From the NCBI GenBank assembly GCA_003251795.1, contig QKEI01000051.1:24823-88822 (forward strand): a stretch of 64,000 bases of DNA, written 5' to 3'. Below, piece by piece: positions 40,441 through 49,940 of this stretch (position 1 is its first letter; each line of letters starts with the position of its first letter). The position numbers were made by a program, and so were the translations under genes. The notes beneath the pieces are model-generated. The model had not been told where the DNA came from. It did not search any database and saw only the letters and a program-made list of their open reading frames with translations. This stretch comes from Candidatus Muproteobacteria bacterium. Its GTDB lineage: Bacteria > Pseudomonadota > Gammaproteobacteria > Acidiferrobacterales > SPGG2.

Positions 40441-42261
40441 ATGCGTAAAAGCAACAGCTTTGAATCGTCGCCGGCCTCCCGCCCCTGGACTGCACTCAGT
40501 GCGTTGTTGCCCTTCTTGTGGGAGTTTCGGGCGCGCGTCATGCTCGCCATGGCGCTACTGGTATTCGCCAAGCTCGCCAATATCGCCGTTCCCCTGGTGC
40601 TCAAAGAGATTGTTGATGCACTCGACAAACCGCAAACTCTGCTCGTTGTTCCGTTGTTCTTTGTGCTGGCCTACGGGGCGCTGCGGCTTGCCAATGCCGT
40701 GTTCGGTGAGCTGCGCGATGTGGTTTTCGCCAAGGTCATGCAGCGCTCGATCCGTCGCATCGCCCTCAAGGTCTTCCGCCACTTGCACAATCTGGCGCTG
40801 CGATTTCATCTGGACCGTCAGACCGGTGGTATCTCGCGCGATATCGAGCGGGGCACCGCGGGTATCCGCTTTCTGTTAACCTTTGCCGTTTTCAATATCT
40901 TGCCCACACTACTGGAGATCGGCCTGGTAGTGGCGATTCTGCTTGCCCGCTTTGACAAGTGGTTCGCGATTATCACTTTTCTGGCGCTCGCTACGTATAT
41001 CGCTTTCACCTTCCTGGTCACCGAATGGCGCACGAAGTTTCGTCGCGCCATGAACGAGATGGATTCTCGTGCCAACACGGCGGCGATCGATAGTCTGCTC
41101 AACTACGAGACGGTTAAGTATTTCAACAACGAAGACTACGAAGCGAAGCGTTACGATGACAACCTCAGCTCCTGGGAATCGGCCGCGATCAGCACGCAGA
41201 CCTCACTCGCCGCCCTTAATGCCGGCCAGGGCGCAATCATTGCCTTGGCGATCACGGCGCTCATGCTGCTCGCTAGCCAAGGCGTCGTGCACGGAACCAT
41301 GTCGCTGGGGGATCTGGTGATGGTGAATGCCTTCCTGATCCAACTGTACATGCCGTTGCGCTTCCTCGGCACAGTCTATCGCGAGATCCGTCAGGCACTC
41401 GCCGATATGGAAAAAATGTTTGGTTTGATCGAGCGCGAGCCCGAGATCCGCGACCGCCCAGATGCCCATGCGCTGGTCGTAACCCGAGGCGATATCCGTT
41501 TCGAGCACGTGGATTTCGGTTACGATGCCGATCGGCAAATCCTGTTTGATGTGGACTTCAAGATCCCAGCCCGCCACAAGGTGGCCGTGGTTGGCGCGAG
41601 CGGTGCCGGTAAATCTACACTGGCACGGCTGCTGTTTCGCTTCTACGACGTTAGCCATGGTTGCATTCTGATTGACGGCGAAGACGTGCGCGACGTGACC
41701 CAAGCGAGCTTGCGCGCGGGCATCGGCATCGTTCCTCAGGATACCGTGCTATTCAACGATACCATCTACTACAACATCGCTTATGGACGCCCGGAGGCGA
41801 CGCAAGCCGAGGTCGTGCAAGCCGCAAAGCATGCCCACATTCATGACTTTGTCGCCTCGCTGCCCCGCGGTTATGACACTGCCGTTGGCGAGCGTGGACT
41901 CAAGCTTTCCGGGGGCGAGAAACAACGCGTCGCCATTGCCCGCACAATCCTCAAGAACCCGCGCATCCTGGTGTTCGACGAGGCCACCTCGGCGCTTGAT
42001 TCCAAAACCGAGCAGGCCATCCAGGCGCAACTGCGGGAGGTTGCTGCTGATCACACCACATTGGTGATCGCCCACCGACTATCAACGGTAATGGATGCGG
42101 ATCAAATTCTCGTCATGGAGCGTGGCCGGATCATCGAACGCGGTAACCATGACGAGCTTCTCGCCCGCGGTGCACAGTACGCGCAGATGTGGGACCTACA
42201 ACAACGCGAAGAGCGAGAACGCCTGGCACGAGCCGTGGGCAACGGACTCGAGGCCCGCTAG
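40441..42261 (+). CDS. ABC transporter permease/ATPase fusion, Atm1/ABCB7/HMT1-like exporter
   Basis: 606 aa. Six-TM exporter domain, then Walker A GASGAGKST, LSGGEKQRVAIART and VFDEATSALD. YNIAYGRPEATQAEV and overall length resemble Atm1-type half transporters. Confidence 0.8.
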   Translation: MRKSNSFESSPASRPWTALSALLPFLWEFRARVMLAMALLVFAKLANIAVPLVLKEIVDALDKPQTLLVVPLFFVLAYGALRLANAVFGELRDVVFAKVMQRSIRRIALKVFRHLHNLALRFHLDRQTGGISRDIERGTAGIRFLLTFAVFNILPTLLEIGLVVAILLARFDKWFAIITFLALATYIAFTFLVTEWRTKFRRAMNEMDSRANTAAIDSLLNYETVKYFNNEDYEAKRYDDNLSSWESAAISTQTSLAALNAGQGAIIALAITALMLLASQGVVHGTMSLGDLVMVNAFLIQLYMPLRFLGTVYREIRQALADMEKMFGLIEREPEIRDRPDAHALVVTRGDIRFEHVDFGYDADRQILFDVDFKIPARHKVAVVGASGAGKSTLARLLFRFYDVSHGCILIDGEDVRDVTQASLRAGIGIVPQDTVLFNDTIYYNIAYGRPEATQAEVVQAAKHAHIHDFVASLPRGYDTAVGERGLKLSGGEKQRVAIARTILKNPRILVFDEATSALDSKTEQAIQAQLREVAADHTTLVIAHRLSTVMDADQILVMERGRIIERGNHDELLARGAQYAQMWDLQQREERERLARAVGNGLEAR

Positions 42262-42800
42262 AGCACCCACTCGCCGCGCACCAGGCGCGGAATAAGCGGA
42301 TCGACGATGCGGAAAGTCAGACCCCACATGCGATAAGGGCCGACGCGGTAAAACTCTATCTCGCGTGGTGCCGGCCACTGCGGCAGGTGCTCGATCATTC
42401 GACCCCTAGCTTCGGGTCGAGCGAGCTTGGCGACACTGACATCCATGATCTCGGCGATCTCGTGTGCCGCGAAAGACCAACGAGGCGGAACAGCCACACG
42501 CGCAAGAAACGGCGACACGCGAAATCCGCTCATCATCGTCTCGGCAACCGGAAGTTCCGTTAAGACCTCAATACTTTCTGGACCAAGACCGATTTCTTCC
42601 TGCGTTTCGCGTAGCGCTGTATCCAAGAGTGAGCGGTCCGCTGGCTCCGGTTTGCCACCGGGAAACGCGAGCTGACCGCCATGGATACCGCCCTCGCTGC
42701 GACGCACCAGAATCAAGCGCAAATCGCCCTGTGCGGAACGGTGAACCGGCACCAATACCGCTGCCTCCTGCTTGGTGTTGCCACTCACCCGCATAATCAT
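42258..42800 (-). CDS. CoA pyrophosphatase-type NUDIX hydrolase (NudL-like)
   Basis: Frame of ORF 42258..43037, trimmed to the ATG at 42800, which overlaps the upstream stop (TGATG). Nudix box GGKPEPADRSLLDTALRETQEEIGL is preceded by the CoA-type motif LILVRRSEGGIHGGQLAFPGG. Confidence 0.7.
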   Translation of the reverse strand: MIMRVSGNTKQEAAVLVPVHRSAQGDLRLILVRRSEGGIHGGQLAFPGGKPEPADRSLLDTALRETQEEIGLGPESIEVLTELPVAETMMSGFRVSPFLARVAVPPRWSFAAHEIAEIMDVSVAKLARPEARGRMIEHLPQWPAPREIEFYRVGPYRMWGLTFRIVDPLIPRLVRGEWVL

Positions 42801-43846
42801 CAAAGGCTCGTATCCGACTGCAAGGGCTGCGTCGCGCCATCGGGTTGCTCGTAGCGTTCCATAAGATAACACAGGCAATCCTGACGGATCGCCTGCACGC
42901 TTAATGTCAGCATTGCCGGAATCACCGGCAGGCGCGTACGGATCTCGCCATCCTGCAAGTCGAAGAAGCGCTCGCTCACATCTGCGCCCAACTCGTCCCG
43001 TACATCCAGGCTTACGTTGCTGTTTGATCGCACCCACCCGAGGGTCGTTCCAACCGGTAACTCGCGAAAGTTCAGGTGATCCAAATCATTCACCAAGCGG
43101 ATATCATCGTCGCCCGTGAAGCCGAGACTGAGAGATGCCGGTACCTTCACAGTCGCGATGGTATGAAACAGATCGATGTCGTGCACGGCAACTGTATGAT
43201 TCGGAATTTCCGACAGATGCAAACACGCGTTGATGTAATCGCGCGCATGCACCACCCCCTGCTCCTGTCCCGGTTTGCCGCATTCCACGGTAACGGCCGG
43301 GCAATGATCGGAAAATGCGGCAATGAGCACGCCCTTGGGCCTCCTGTAGTACACCACTGTGCGGCCGAATAGCGTTGCTAACTGTAACGATCGGTGATCG
43401 GTCCGACGCAGACTGGCATAGTGCGGATTGATACCAGTGGTGTTATGGATATCGATACAGGCAAAAAGCTCGCGGGCGTGCGCCCACTTTAACACCTCTT
43501 GCACCATGCGTTGCTCAGGCCGGCCATCGATAGCGGACCCGCCTTGCCAGATGCGGTTGTAGTCAGGTTGTTCGGGCAGGAATCGCTGGTTCGCCCGCGC
43601 CGCAGCCACGTTGCCGATGAACACTGTCAACGCGCGTGGCAGGTCTTTTGTTGCGAAATTACGTAACAATGCGCGGACTGCTAACCAACCGACATCCTCG
43701 TTGCCGTGCAACAACACCGACACAAAAAGCGGCTCGGGCCGCCTTCCCGGAAGTTGCAGTAGCGTCGGTCCTGGCAACATTTCGTGCAGCCGCGCAGCGT
43801 CGAGCTCAAGCAGCCCATCGGGAATGGTCGTCAATACATACAGCAT
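42800..43846 (-). CDS. succinylglutamate desuccinylase/aspartoacylase (AstE/AspA, M14-like) family zinc hydrolase
   Basis: Frame of ORF 42800..43903. The ATG at 43846 lies 1 nt after the stop of the upstream ligase gene. Zn-site-like VLLHGNEDVG and IDIHNTTG. Confidence 0.65.
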   Translation of the reverse strand: MLYVLTTIPDGLLELDAARLHEMLPGPTLLQLPGRRPEPLFVSVLLHGNEDVGWLAVRALLRNFATKDLPRALTVFIGNVAAARANQRFLPEQPDYNRIWQGGSAIDGRPEQRMVQEVLKWAHARELFACIDIHNTTGINPHYASLRRTDHRSLQLATLFGRTVVYYRRPKGVLIAAFSDHCPAVTVECGKPGQEQGVVHARDYINACLHLSEIPNHTVAVHDIDLFHTIATVKVPASLSLGFTGDDDIRLVNDLDHLNFRELPVGTTLGWVRSNSNVSLDVRDELGADVSERFFDLQDGEIRTRLPVIPAMLTLSVQAIRQDCLCYLMERYEQPDGATQPLQSDTSL

Positions 43847-43847
43847 C

Positions 43848-45272
43848 TCATAGACCCCATTCGTGCACCGGCGCGCCGCTTCGCAGATGTGTGCGATAGG
43901 CATTCACCAGTGCCTGCATATCTTTTCCATGCTTGGCGACGTAGGCCCGCTGCCAGGTCGCGCCCGTTTGCTTGCGACGCAGGCGTTCCTCAATGACACC
44001 CAGGTAACGATCGATGTTCGCGGCCGTCAAGCCAAGTCGTTGCAGTCCACGACGGGCCATCGGTAACAACCGTTGCCGCAGCAGATCACAGACTGCGCCC
44101 TGCTTTTCTCCCAGCCAGGTGACTTGTGCGTTCAAGCCGTCTTTAGCAGCCGCATAGAAATTGTCCCGCGCTTGGCTGAATGGAAGCTGCGTCTCTGGCG
44201 CGCGCGCTTGCGCGGCGAGGCTGGTGACCAGCCCGTAAAACAGCGCGGCATTGGCGATCGTGTCGATTATACTGGGGCCGGCCGGAATCACGCGATGTTC
44301 AAGGCGCAGGTGTGGTCGCTGGTTGTCGCTGAAGCCGATCAGGGGACGATTCCAGCGCCAGATCGTGCCGTTGTGCAGGCGCAGATGGGCGAGTTTTTCT
44401 AGAGGCTCGTCCATTATCGTTGGCAGCAAGGGCACAAAACGTTCCAGGTTTTCTTCAAAACATTCGAACAACGATGACCCCACGTAGCCTGTCCCGAAGC
44501 TGACGCGGTTGGTCTTGGCCGCACGCGACAGCGTCACCTGCACGGCCTGCTCAAAGAGGGGAATGCGCGTTTCGTCCCATAGATCAAGCTCGCAAAAATA
44601 GGGTGAGTTTGCGCTGACGGCGACGATCGGCGCGGACAGCACGATAGCGGCATTGTAATAACGGTGTGCGAGTGCGCCCGGGATCTGTAAGTGCACCTGA
44701 AACGAAGTGGCGGCAGCCTCAAGCAAGATGTCGCGATGCGATGTTTTCAAGTGGTCGCGCCCCTTGATGTCGAGTTTCAGCGGCTTGCCTTTACGCAGCC
44801 GTAAGATCTGCTGATTAAGCGCCTGATAACGAGTCATCGATGACATGTTGGCCACCGTAAGCTCGCGTTCGCGCACCGTCGGTAGGATGCCGATCATCAG
44901 CAGCTCGGCGTCAAGCCGGCTCGCCGTCTGGTTGCACTGATCCCAGAGTGTGCTCAGTTCCCCTTGCATCTGGTTCAGAACCGACCCTCGTAGTGGTCGT
45001 GCGGTGGTGTTCAACTCGACGTTGAACTGGGCGAGTTCCGACACCACCATTGGCGACTGCATCAGCGCGAGAAAACGCTCATTGACAGGAGCCGCGTAGC
45101 CAGCCGGATCCACCAACCACGCCTCGAGCTCGCATCCGGCAACGAGTTTGTCGGTGTCGAACGCACCGTCTAGAAACCATGTCTTCAGCAAGGCGGTTTC
45201 CTGGCGCAGTCGATCCCGGAACTCATCGAAATCCCGTTTGCGAAAATGACTACGGTCTATCTCCTGACCCAT
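43848..45272 (-). CDS. GCS2-family carboxylate-amine ligase (glutamate--cysteine ligase family 2-like)
   Basis: Frame of ORF 43848..45356, with ATG at 45272 (MGQEIDRSHF). GCELEAWLV, SFQVHLQIP and SANSPYF align by eye with the YbdK/GCS2 motifs GIELEMQVV, GQHVHVG and SAASPYM. 474 aa, longer than YbdK. Confidence 0.65.
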   Translation of the reverse strand: MGQEIDRSHFRKRDFDEFRDRLRQETALLKTWFLDGAFDTDKLVAGCELEAWLVDPAGYAAPVNERFLALMQSPMVVSELAQFNVELNTTARPLRGSVLNQMQGELSTLWDQCNQTASRLDAELLMIGILPTVRERELTVANMSSMTRYQALNQQILRLRKGKPLKLDIKGRDHLKTSHRDILLEAAATSFQVHLQIPGALAHRYYNAAIVLSAPIVAVSANSPYFCELDLWDETRIPLFEQAVQVTLSRAAKTNRVSFGTGYVGSSLFECFEENLERFVPLLPTIMDEPLEKLAHLRLHNGTIWRWNRPLIGFSDNQRPHLRLEHRVIPAGPSIIDTIANAALFYGLVTSLAAQARAPETQLPFSQARDNFYAAAKDGLNAQVTWLGEKQGAVCDLLRQRLLPMARRGLQRLGLTAANIDRYLGVIEERLRRKQTGATWQRAYVAKHGKDMQALVNAYRTHLRSGAPVHEWGL

Positions 45273-45373
45273 GATTGCTTTGTGCCCCTCCCTTTTAGAT
45301 CGAGTCTGCCAGTACGCGCGCACACTCACAAGGCCGCAACCGGACATCTCAGCCAAAAATGTACCTCGCTTAA

Positions 45374-45387
45374 TGCGCTATATAGCG
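45374..45387. promoter_or_regulatory. perfect 14-bp palindrome GCGCTATATAGCGC in a divergent intergenic region
   Basis: Read directly from the sequence. Lies between the ligase operon start (45272, minus) and the di-haem lipoprotein gene start (45570, plus). The operator role is inference only. Confidence 0.3.
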
Positions 45388-45569
45388 CTCTCGAAAAATG
45401 TTGGCAAAGGCACGTCGAATACGGGAACCTTTAAGGCTTGGATGAGCGGTGCTAGCTTGACGATTATCGGTCCGCGGCTAACTGACGGGCATGCTGCCCA
45501 GGTGTAAGATAGTGCATCCATCTGTCTGATGTCCCAGGGAAAGACCGAATCAGATAACACGGAGGAGCC

Positions 45570-46916
45570 ATGAGCAACCGAACTCATTGCACGTGGAGAG
45601 TTATATCCCCTGGTCTTGGGTTACTCACATTGCTACTTCTGGTCTCGAGTTGCCAGCCGGTCGCACCGACCGACCCTCAAGAAGCACTCATCGCCAAGGG
45701 TAGGGATATCTTTTTCAATGAGACATTCAATGGCAACGGCCGCACCTGCGGGAGCTGTCACCGGGAAGAGAATAACTTCACGATTGACCCGGCCTTCATT
45801 GCCACACTGCCGCCCAATGATCCCTTGTTCGTCGCTGAGTTTAACCCGGAGTTAAAGGAGAATTTCGAAAACCCCCGTCTCATGCGTGAGTTCGGGTTGA
45901 TTCTTGAGAATCAAGACGGCTTCGATGATCTGGCGAATAACTTCAACATGCGCGGTGTGCCCCATGTGCTCGCTCAGCGCACCTCGATCGAAAGCCCCCA
46001 GGGACCCCGCACCGGTTGGTCGGGTGATGGTGCACCGGGGGATGGGACGTTGCGCTCCTTTGCCACAGGCGCCGTTATCCAGCACTTCACCAAGACCTTG
46101 AACCGGGTCGCTGGGGTGGATTTCCGTCTACCCACGGAGGAAGAGCTCGATGCGCTGGAGGCCTTTCAACTCTCCCTTGGGCGCCAACAGGAGTTACAGC
46201 TGCCCTTGCCGTTGAAGGGCACGGTGGCGAGGCGCGGGCAGGAGCTCTTTCTCGATGACACCCTCGGGAAATGCAATATCTGTCATTCCAATGCCGGTGC
46301 TAACGCAGTGATCGGCGGCCAGAACCGTGGCAACGCCAACTTCAACACGGGTGTGGAGGCTCTACCGGATCAACCGGCCGATCTTACCGGTGAGCGGGTG
46401 CCCCCTGATGATGGATTGGGCACACCGGGCGATGGCACCTTTAACACGCCCCCGCTGGTCGAAGCGGCCGACACCGGGCCCTTCTTTCACAACAACGCCA
46501 TCGAGACCATCGAGGGCGCCGTCGGTTTTTACGATGGCGAGTCGTTCAACAACTCGCCATCGGGACAGGCAGTAGGCGGCATCGAGCTCGATGGCACCCA
46601 GATCGTCGCGATCGCTGCGTTCTTGCGCGTGATCAATGCACTCGAGAACATTCGTGAAAGCATCGAGTTTCTCGAGAAGAGCACAAAACGCAAGAGCGCC
46701 GAGGCCAAACAGCTGCTCGGGCGCGCGCTGAATGAAACCGATGACAGCATTCAGACGTTGGTCGCTGGAGGCCTGCACCCGCAAGCGGTGGCGCACCTAC
46801 GCAGAGCGCGAAAGCTTACCAAAGAAGCGGTCCACAGTTGGTTTTCCCGGGTTCGGCTAACGGAAGACGCTATCCGTGAGCAACAGAAGGCACGCGCAGA
46901 CATGGTTGAACCGTGA
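45570..46916 (+). CDS. di-haem cytochrome c peroxidase-like lipoprotein (divergent)
   Basis: 448 aa. Lipobox LLLVSSC and two CxxCH motifs (CGSCH, CNICH) about 175 residues apart. Local contexts GRDIFFNETFNGNGRTCGSCH and GQELFLDDTLGKCNICH resemble bacterial CCP/MauG haem sites. Confidence 0.6.
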   Translation: MSNRTHCTWRVISPGLGLLTLLLLVSSCQPVAPTDPQEALIAKGRDIFFNETFNGNGRTCGSCHREENNFTIDPAFIATLPPNDPLFVAEFNPELKENFENPRLMREFGLILENQDGFDDLANNFNMRGVPHVLAQRTSIESPQGPRTGWSGDGAPGDGTLRSFATGAVIQHFTKTLNRVAGVDFRLPTEEELDALEAFQLSLGRQQELQLPLPLKGTVARRGQELFLDDTLGKCNICHSNAGANAVIGGQNRGNANFNTGVEALPDQPADLTGERVPPDDGLGTPGDGTFNTPPLVEAADTGPFFHNNAIETIEGAVGFYDGESFNNSPSGQAVGGIELDGTQIVAIAAFLRVINALENIRESIEFLEKSTKRKSAEAKQLLGRALNETDDSIQTLVAGGLHPQAVAHLRRARKLTKEAVHSWFSRVRLTEDAIREQQKARADMVEP

Positions 46917-46945
46917 GCCACCTACACGGTAGGAGGACAAAAGAT

Positions 46946-47314
46946 ATGCGAACGCTATTCCTTGGCATCGGATTGATCACTACCTTGCTGTGCAGCATGT
47001 CCTACGCCCACGGGCAAAAAGCGACCGAGCGTTATATCCCAATCGGTCAGTCACCCGGAATATCCAACAAATACACCTATATTGGCGTGATCGAGGCGAT
47101 CGACCCGCAACAGCGCACGGTCACCGCCGCCGGACACACCGTGCAGATCACCGATGAGACGCGTATCTGGCTTGATCGTTCGCTGCAGAAGTTGAGCAAT
47201 CAAAAAGGCAGCTTCGACGATCTCCAAAAAGGCCGCAAGGTCGAGATCAAATACACCGACACCACGCAACCCCAGGTTGCCCAGTGGGTGAAAGTACAGG
47301 TGACTGCCCCCTAG
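46946..47314 (+). CDS. small secreted protein (possibly a DUF5666-like beta domain)
   Basis: Frame of ORF 46913..47314. The ATG at 46946 is preceded by GGAGG. Signal peptide MRTLFLGIGLITTLLCSMSYAHG. Co-directional and almost contiguous with the di-haem gene. Confidence 0.5.
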   Translation: MRTLFLGIGLITTLLCSMSYAHGQKATERYIPIGQSPGISNKYTYIGVIEAIDPQQRTVTAAGHTVQITDETRIWLDRSLQKLSNQKGSFDDLQKGRKVEIKYTDTTQPQVAQWVKVQVTAP

Positions 47315-47426
47315 TCACCCCTGCCCCCTTCGCCAAGGGCGAATTGATCGGGGCCCACTCGTCCGAATGCCCCCTTCGCGCACGCGCCGGTCGGGCGGGA
47401 CTGCGCCCGTCGAGCCGCGCGCAGCG

Positions 47427-47455
47427 CTTGAAACTCGCCAAAAGAAGCCCTACTA
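47427..47455 (+). promoter_or_regulatory. candidate sigma32 (heat shock) promoter of htpG
   Basis: CTTGAA (47427..47432), a 15-nt spacer, then CCCTACTA (47448..47455), compared with the consensus CTTGAA-N13-17-CCCCATNT. Ends 43 nt upstream of the htpG ATG. Confidence 0.5.
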
Positions 47456-47498
47456 ATAACAGATTCGACAGTGAGGGTTCGTCAGGAGGTAACCCCGG

Positions 47499-49406
47499 AT
47501 GAATGTGCAGGCGCATAAAGAAACACTCGGCTTTCAGACCGAGGTCAAGCAGCTACTCGATATCGTTATTCACTCGCTTTATAGCAACAAGGATATCTTT
47601 CTGCGTGAACTGATCTCAAACGCCTCGGACGCGGTCGATAAGCTACGCTTCGAGGCCCTGTCCGATGATGCCCTGTATGAGGGCGACACCGACTTCAAGA
47701 TCCGGGTGTCTTATGACAAGAAGGCGCGCAGCATTAGTGTTTCCGACAACGGCGTCGGTATGTCGCGCAGTGAGGTGATTGACAACATCGGCACCATCGC
47801 CAAGTCTGGCACCCAGGCCTTTCTCAAGGCCCTTACCGGCGATCAAAGCAAGGACGCTAAGCTGATCGGCCAGTTCGGTGTTGGCTTCTACTCGGCGTTC
47901 ATCATCGCCGACGCGGTTACCTTGATCAGTCGCCGTGCCGGCCTCGGCCCCGAACATGGGGTGCGCTGGCAATCCAAGGGTGAAGGCGACTACACCATCG
48001 AAACCGTCGAGCGACCACAGCGCGGCACCGAGGTAATTGTGCACCTGCGCAAAGGTGAGGAAGAGTATCTCGATGGCCACCGTCTGCGCTCGATTATCAA
48101 CAAGTACTCCGATCACATCAATCTGCCGATTGTGATGGCACTGGAAAAGGACAAGGAAGAAACGGTCAACCGTGCTTCGGCATTGTGGGCGCGACCGCGC
48201 AAGGAGATCAAACAGGAAGAGTATGAGGAGTTCTACAAGCACGTCGCCCATGACTTCGAGTCGCCGCTTGCCTACGTGCATAACCATGTAGAAGGCAAGC
48301 AGGAGTATATCTCCTTGCTCTACCTGCCCTCGCGTGCACCGTTTGACATCTGGGATCGTAACCAGCGCCGCGGCATCAAGCTTTACGTGCGGCGAGTGTT
48401 CATCATGGATGACGCTGAACAACTGATGCCGCATTACCTGCGGTTCGTACGCGGCGTCATTGATTCCAACGATCTCCCGCTCAATATCTCGCGAGAGATT
48501 CTTCAGCAAAGCAAGGAAATCGATACGATTCGCGCAGCCTCGGTCAAGCGCGTGATTGGCCTACTGGAGGATCTTGCCAAGAAAGAGCAGGAAAAATACG
48601 CCAAGTTTTGGAGCGAGTTCGGAAAGGTACTAAAAGAAGGAATCATCGAGGATCCGACTAACCGTGAGACGCTTGCGAAACTATTGCGTTTTTCCTCCAC
48701 GCACGGCGACAGCACAAGCGATAATATCTCGCTCGATGACTACGTTGGGCGTATGCAAGCGGGGCAGGAAAAAATCTACTACATCAGCGCCGACAGCCTG
48801 GCTGCTGCGAGAAGCAGCCCGCACCTCGAGATATTCCGCAAGAAAGGCATTGAGGTCCTATTGTTGCATGACCGCATCGACGAATGGCTCGTTATGCACC
48901 TAACGGAATTCGACAAAAAACCGCTCAGCTCGGTCGCCAAGGGTGAGCTTGATCTCGGCAAGCTCGAGACTGAGGAAGATAAGGCGCAACAGCGCGAGAC
49001 GCCAAAAGAACACAAAGCACTGCTCGAGCGAATCAAGAATGCGTTGGGCGAAAAGGTGAAGGACGCGCGCCTCACTCAGCGCTTGACAACCTCACCGGCG
49101 TGTCTGGTGACCGAGGCCAGCGACATGGGCGCAAATCTTGAGCGTATTCTTCGATCGGTTGGTCAGGACGTACCCGCCTCGCCACCAATTCTGGAGATTA
49201 ATGCGCAACACCCGATTATCGATCGCATGCTAACAGAGGTCGAGGAGCGGCGTTTCAATGATTGGGCGCTCTTACTGTTTGATCAGGCCCTGCTGAGCGA
49301 GGGGGGACAGCTCGATGACCCCGCCGCTTTCGTGCATCGGCTAAATGAGCTGCTACTGCAAGTCGAACAGGCCGCACCGGCGCAAGATACGCAACCCAAG
49401 GCGTGA
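47499..49406 (+). CDS. htpG: molecular chaperone HtpG (Hsp90)
   Basis: 635 aa. [23 protein letters not shown], and a length typical of bacterial HtpG. Confidence 0.95.
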   Translation: MNVQAHKETLGFQTEVKQLLDIVIHSLYSNKDIFLRELISNASDAVDKLRFEALSDDALYEGDTDFKIRVSYDKKARSISVSDNGVGMSRSEVIDNIGTIAKSGTQAFLKALTGDQSKDAKLIGQFGVGFYSAFIIADAVTLISRRAGLGPEHGVRWQSKGEGDYTIETVERPQRGTEVIVHLRKGEEEYLDGHRLRSIINKYSDHINLPIVMALEKDKEETVNRASALWARPRKEIKQEEYEEFYKHVAHDFESPLAYVHNHVEGKQEYISLLYLPSRAPFDIWDRNQRRGIKLYVRRVFIMDDAEQLMPHYLRFVRGVIDSNDLPLNISREILQQSKEIDTIRAASVKRVIGLLEDLAKKEQEKYAKFWSEFGKVLKEGIIEDPTNRETLAKLLRFSSTHGDSTSDNISLDDYVGRMQAGQEKIYYISADSLAAARSSPHLEIFRKKGIEVLLLHDRIDEWLVMHLTEFDKKPLSSVAKGELDLGKLETEEDKAQQRETPKEHKALLERIKNALGEKVKDARLTQRLTTSPACLVTEASDMGANLERILRSVGQDVPASPPILEINAQHPIIDRMLTEVEERRFNDWALLLFDQALLSEGGQLDDPAAFVHRLNELLLQVEQAAPAQDTQPKA

Positions 49407-49415
49407 GGACGATAT

Positions 49416-49934
49416 TCAACTAGTGGAGAATCGGTTTGCTTGTCGTGCCAGATCTTCCCAGCTCCGCAGCCGAGGAAACTGCAACAGCATCGACAGCAAC
49501 GACAGAAACCACAACACATAGAACGCCTTGTTAAGCCCGGCCAGAAAAAACAACACGAGACCAAACACCGCCGGAATCTCGCTTAGCGCGTAGCCGAGAA
49601 ATGTTGCTGTCCGCAAACGAATCCCTAGTGCGCCCTCCCCTTCGTCTCGAGCCGCGGCGGTAACATGGCGCTTGATCAGGTGTGGCACAATGAATGGCAG
49701 GATCGCCAAACCATAGAGCACATAGGCGAGTAGCTCGATCTGGCGGCTATCCATGAGATAACCCGTGGTACCCAACTGACCGCGCACGAGCTCGACCACC
49801 GCTAGGTAGGGGAATAGGCCGGCGATCATTGCTGCACAGACAATCGCAGTCGTTCGATACGCTTGTCGCAACTCATGATAGGGGCGTATGAGGAAGTCCC
49901 TTTGCATGACACACTCCGTGTCGCGCCTGGACAA
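49416..49934 (-). CDS. hypothetical integral membrane protein (about 4 TM)
   Basis: 172-aa ORF with four long hydrophobic segments. Lies 6 nt downstream of the lytic transglycosylase gene on the same strand. No family recognised. Confidence 0.45.
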   Translation of the reverse strand: MSRRDTECVMQRDFLIRPYHELRQAYRTTAIVCAAMIAGLFPYLAVVELVRGQLGTTGYLMDSRQIELLAYVLYGLAILPFIVPHLIKRHVTAAARDEGEGALGIRLRTATFLGYALSEIPAVFGLVLFFLAGLNKAFYVLWFLSLLSMLLQFPRLRSWEDLARQANRFSTS

Positions 49935-49940
49935 TGGCGC

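Noticed and set aside
47643-48509. 288-aa ORF antisense to htpG.
   Set aside because: Antisense shadow of a highly conserved chaperone gene.
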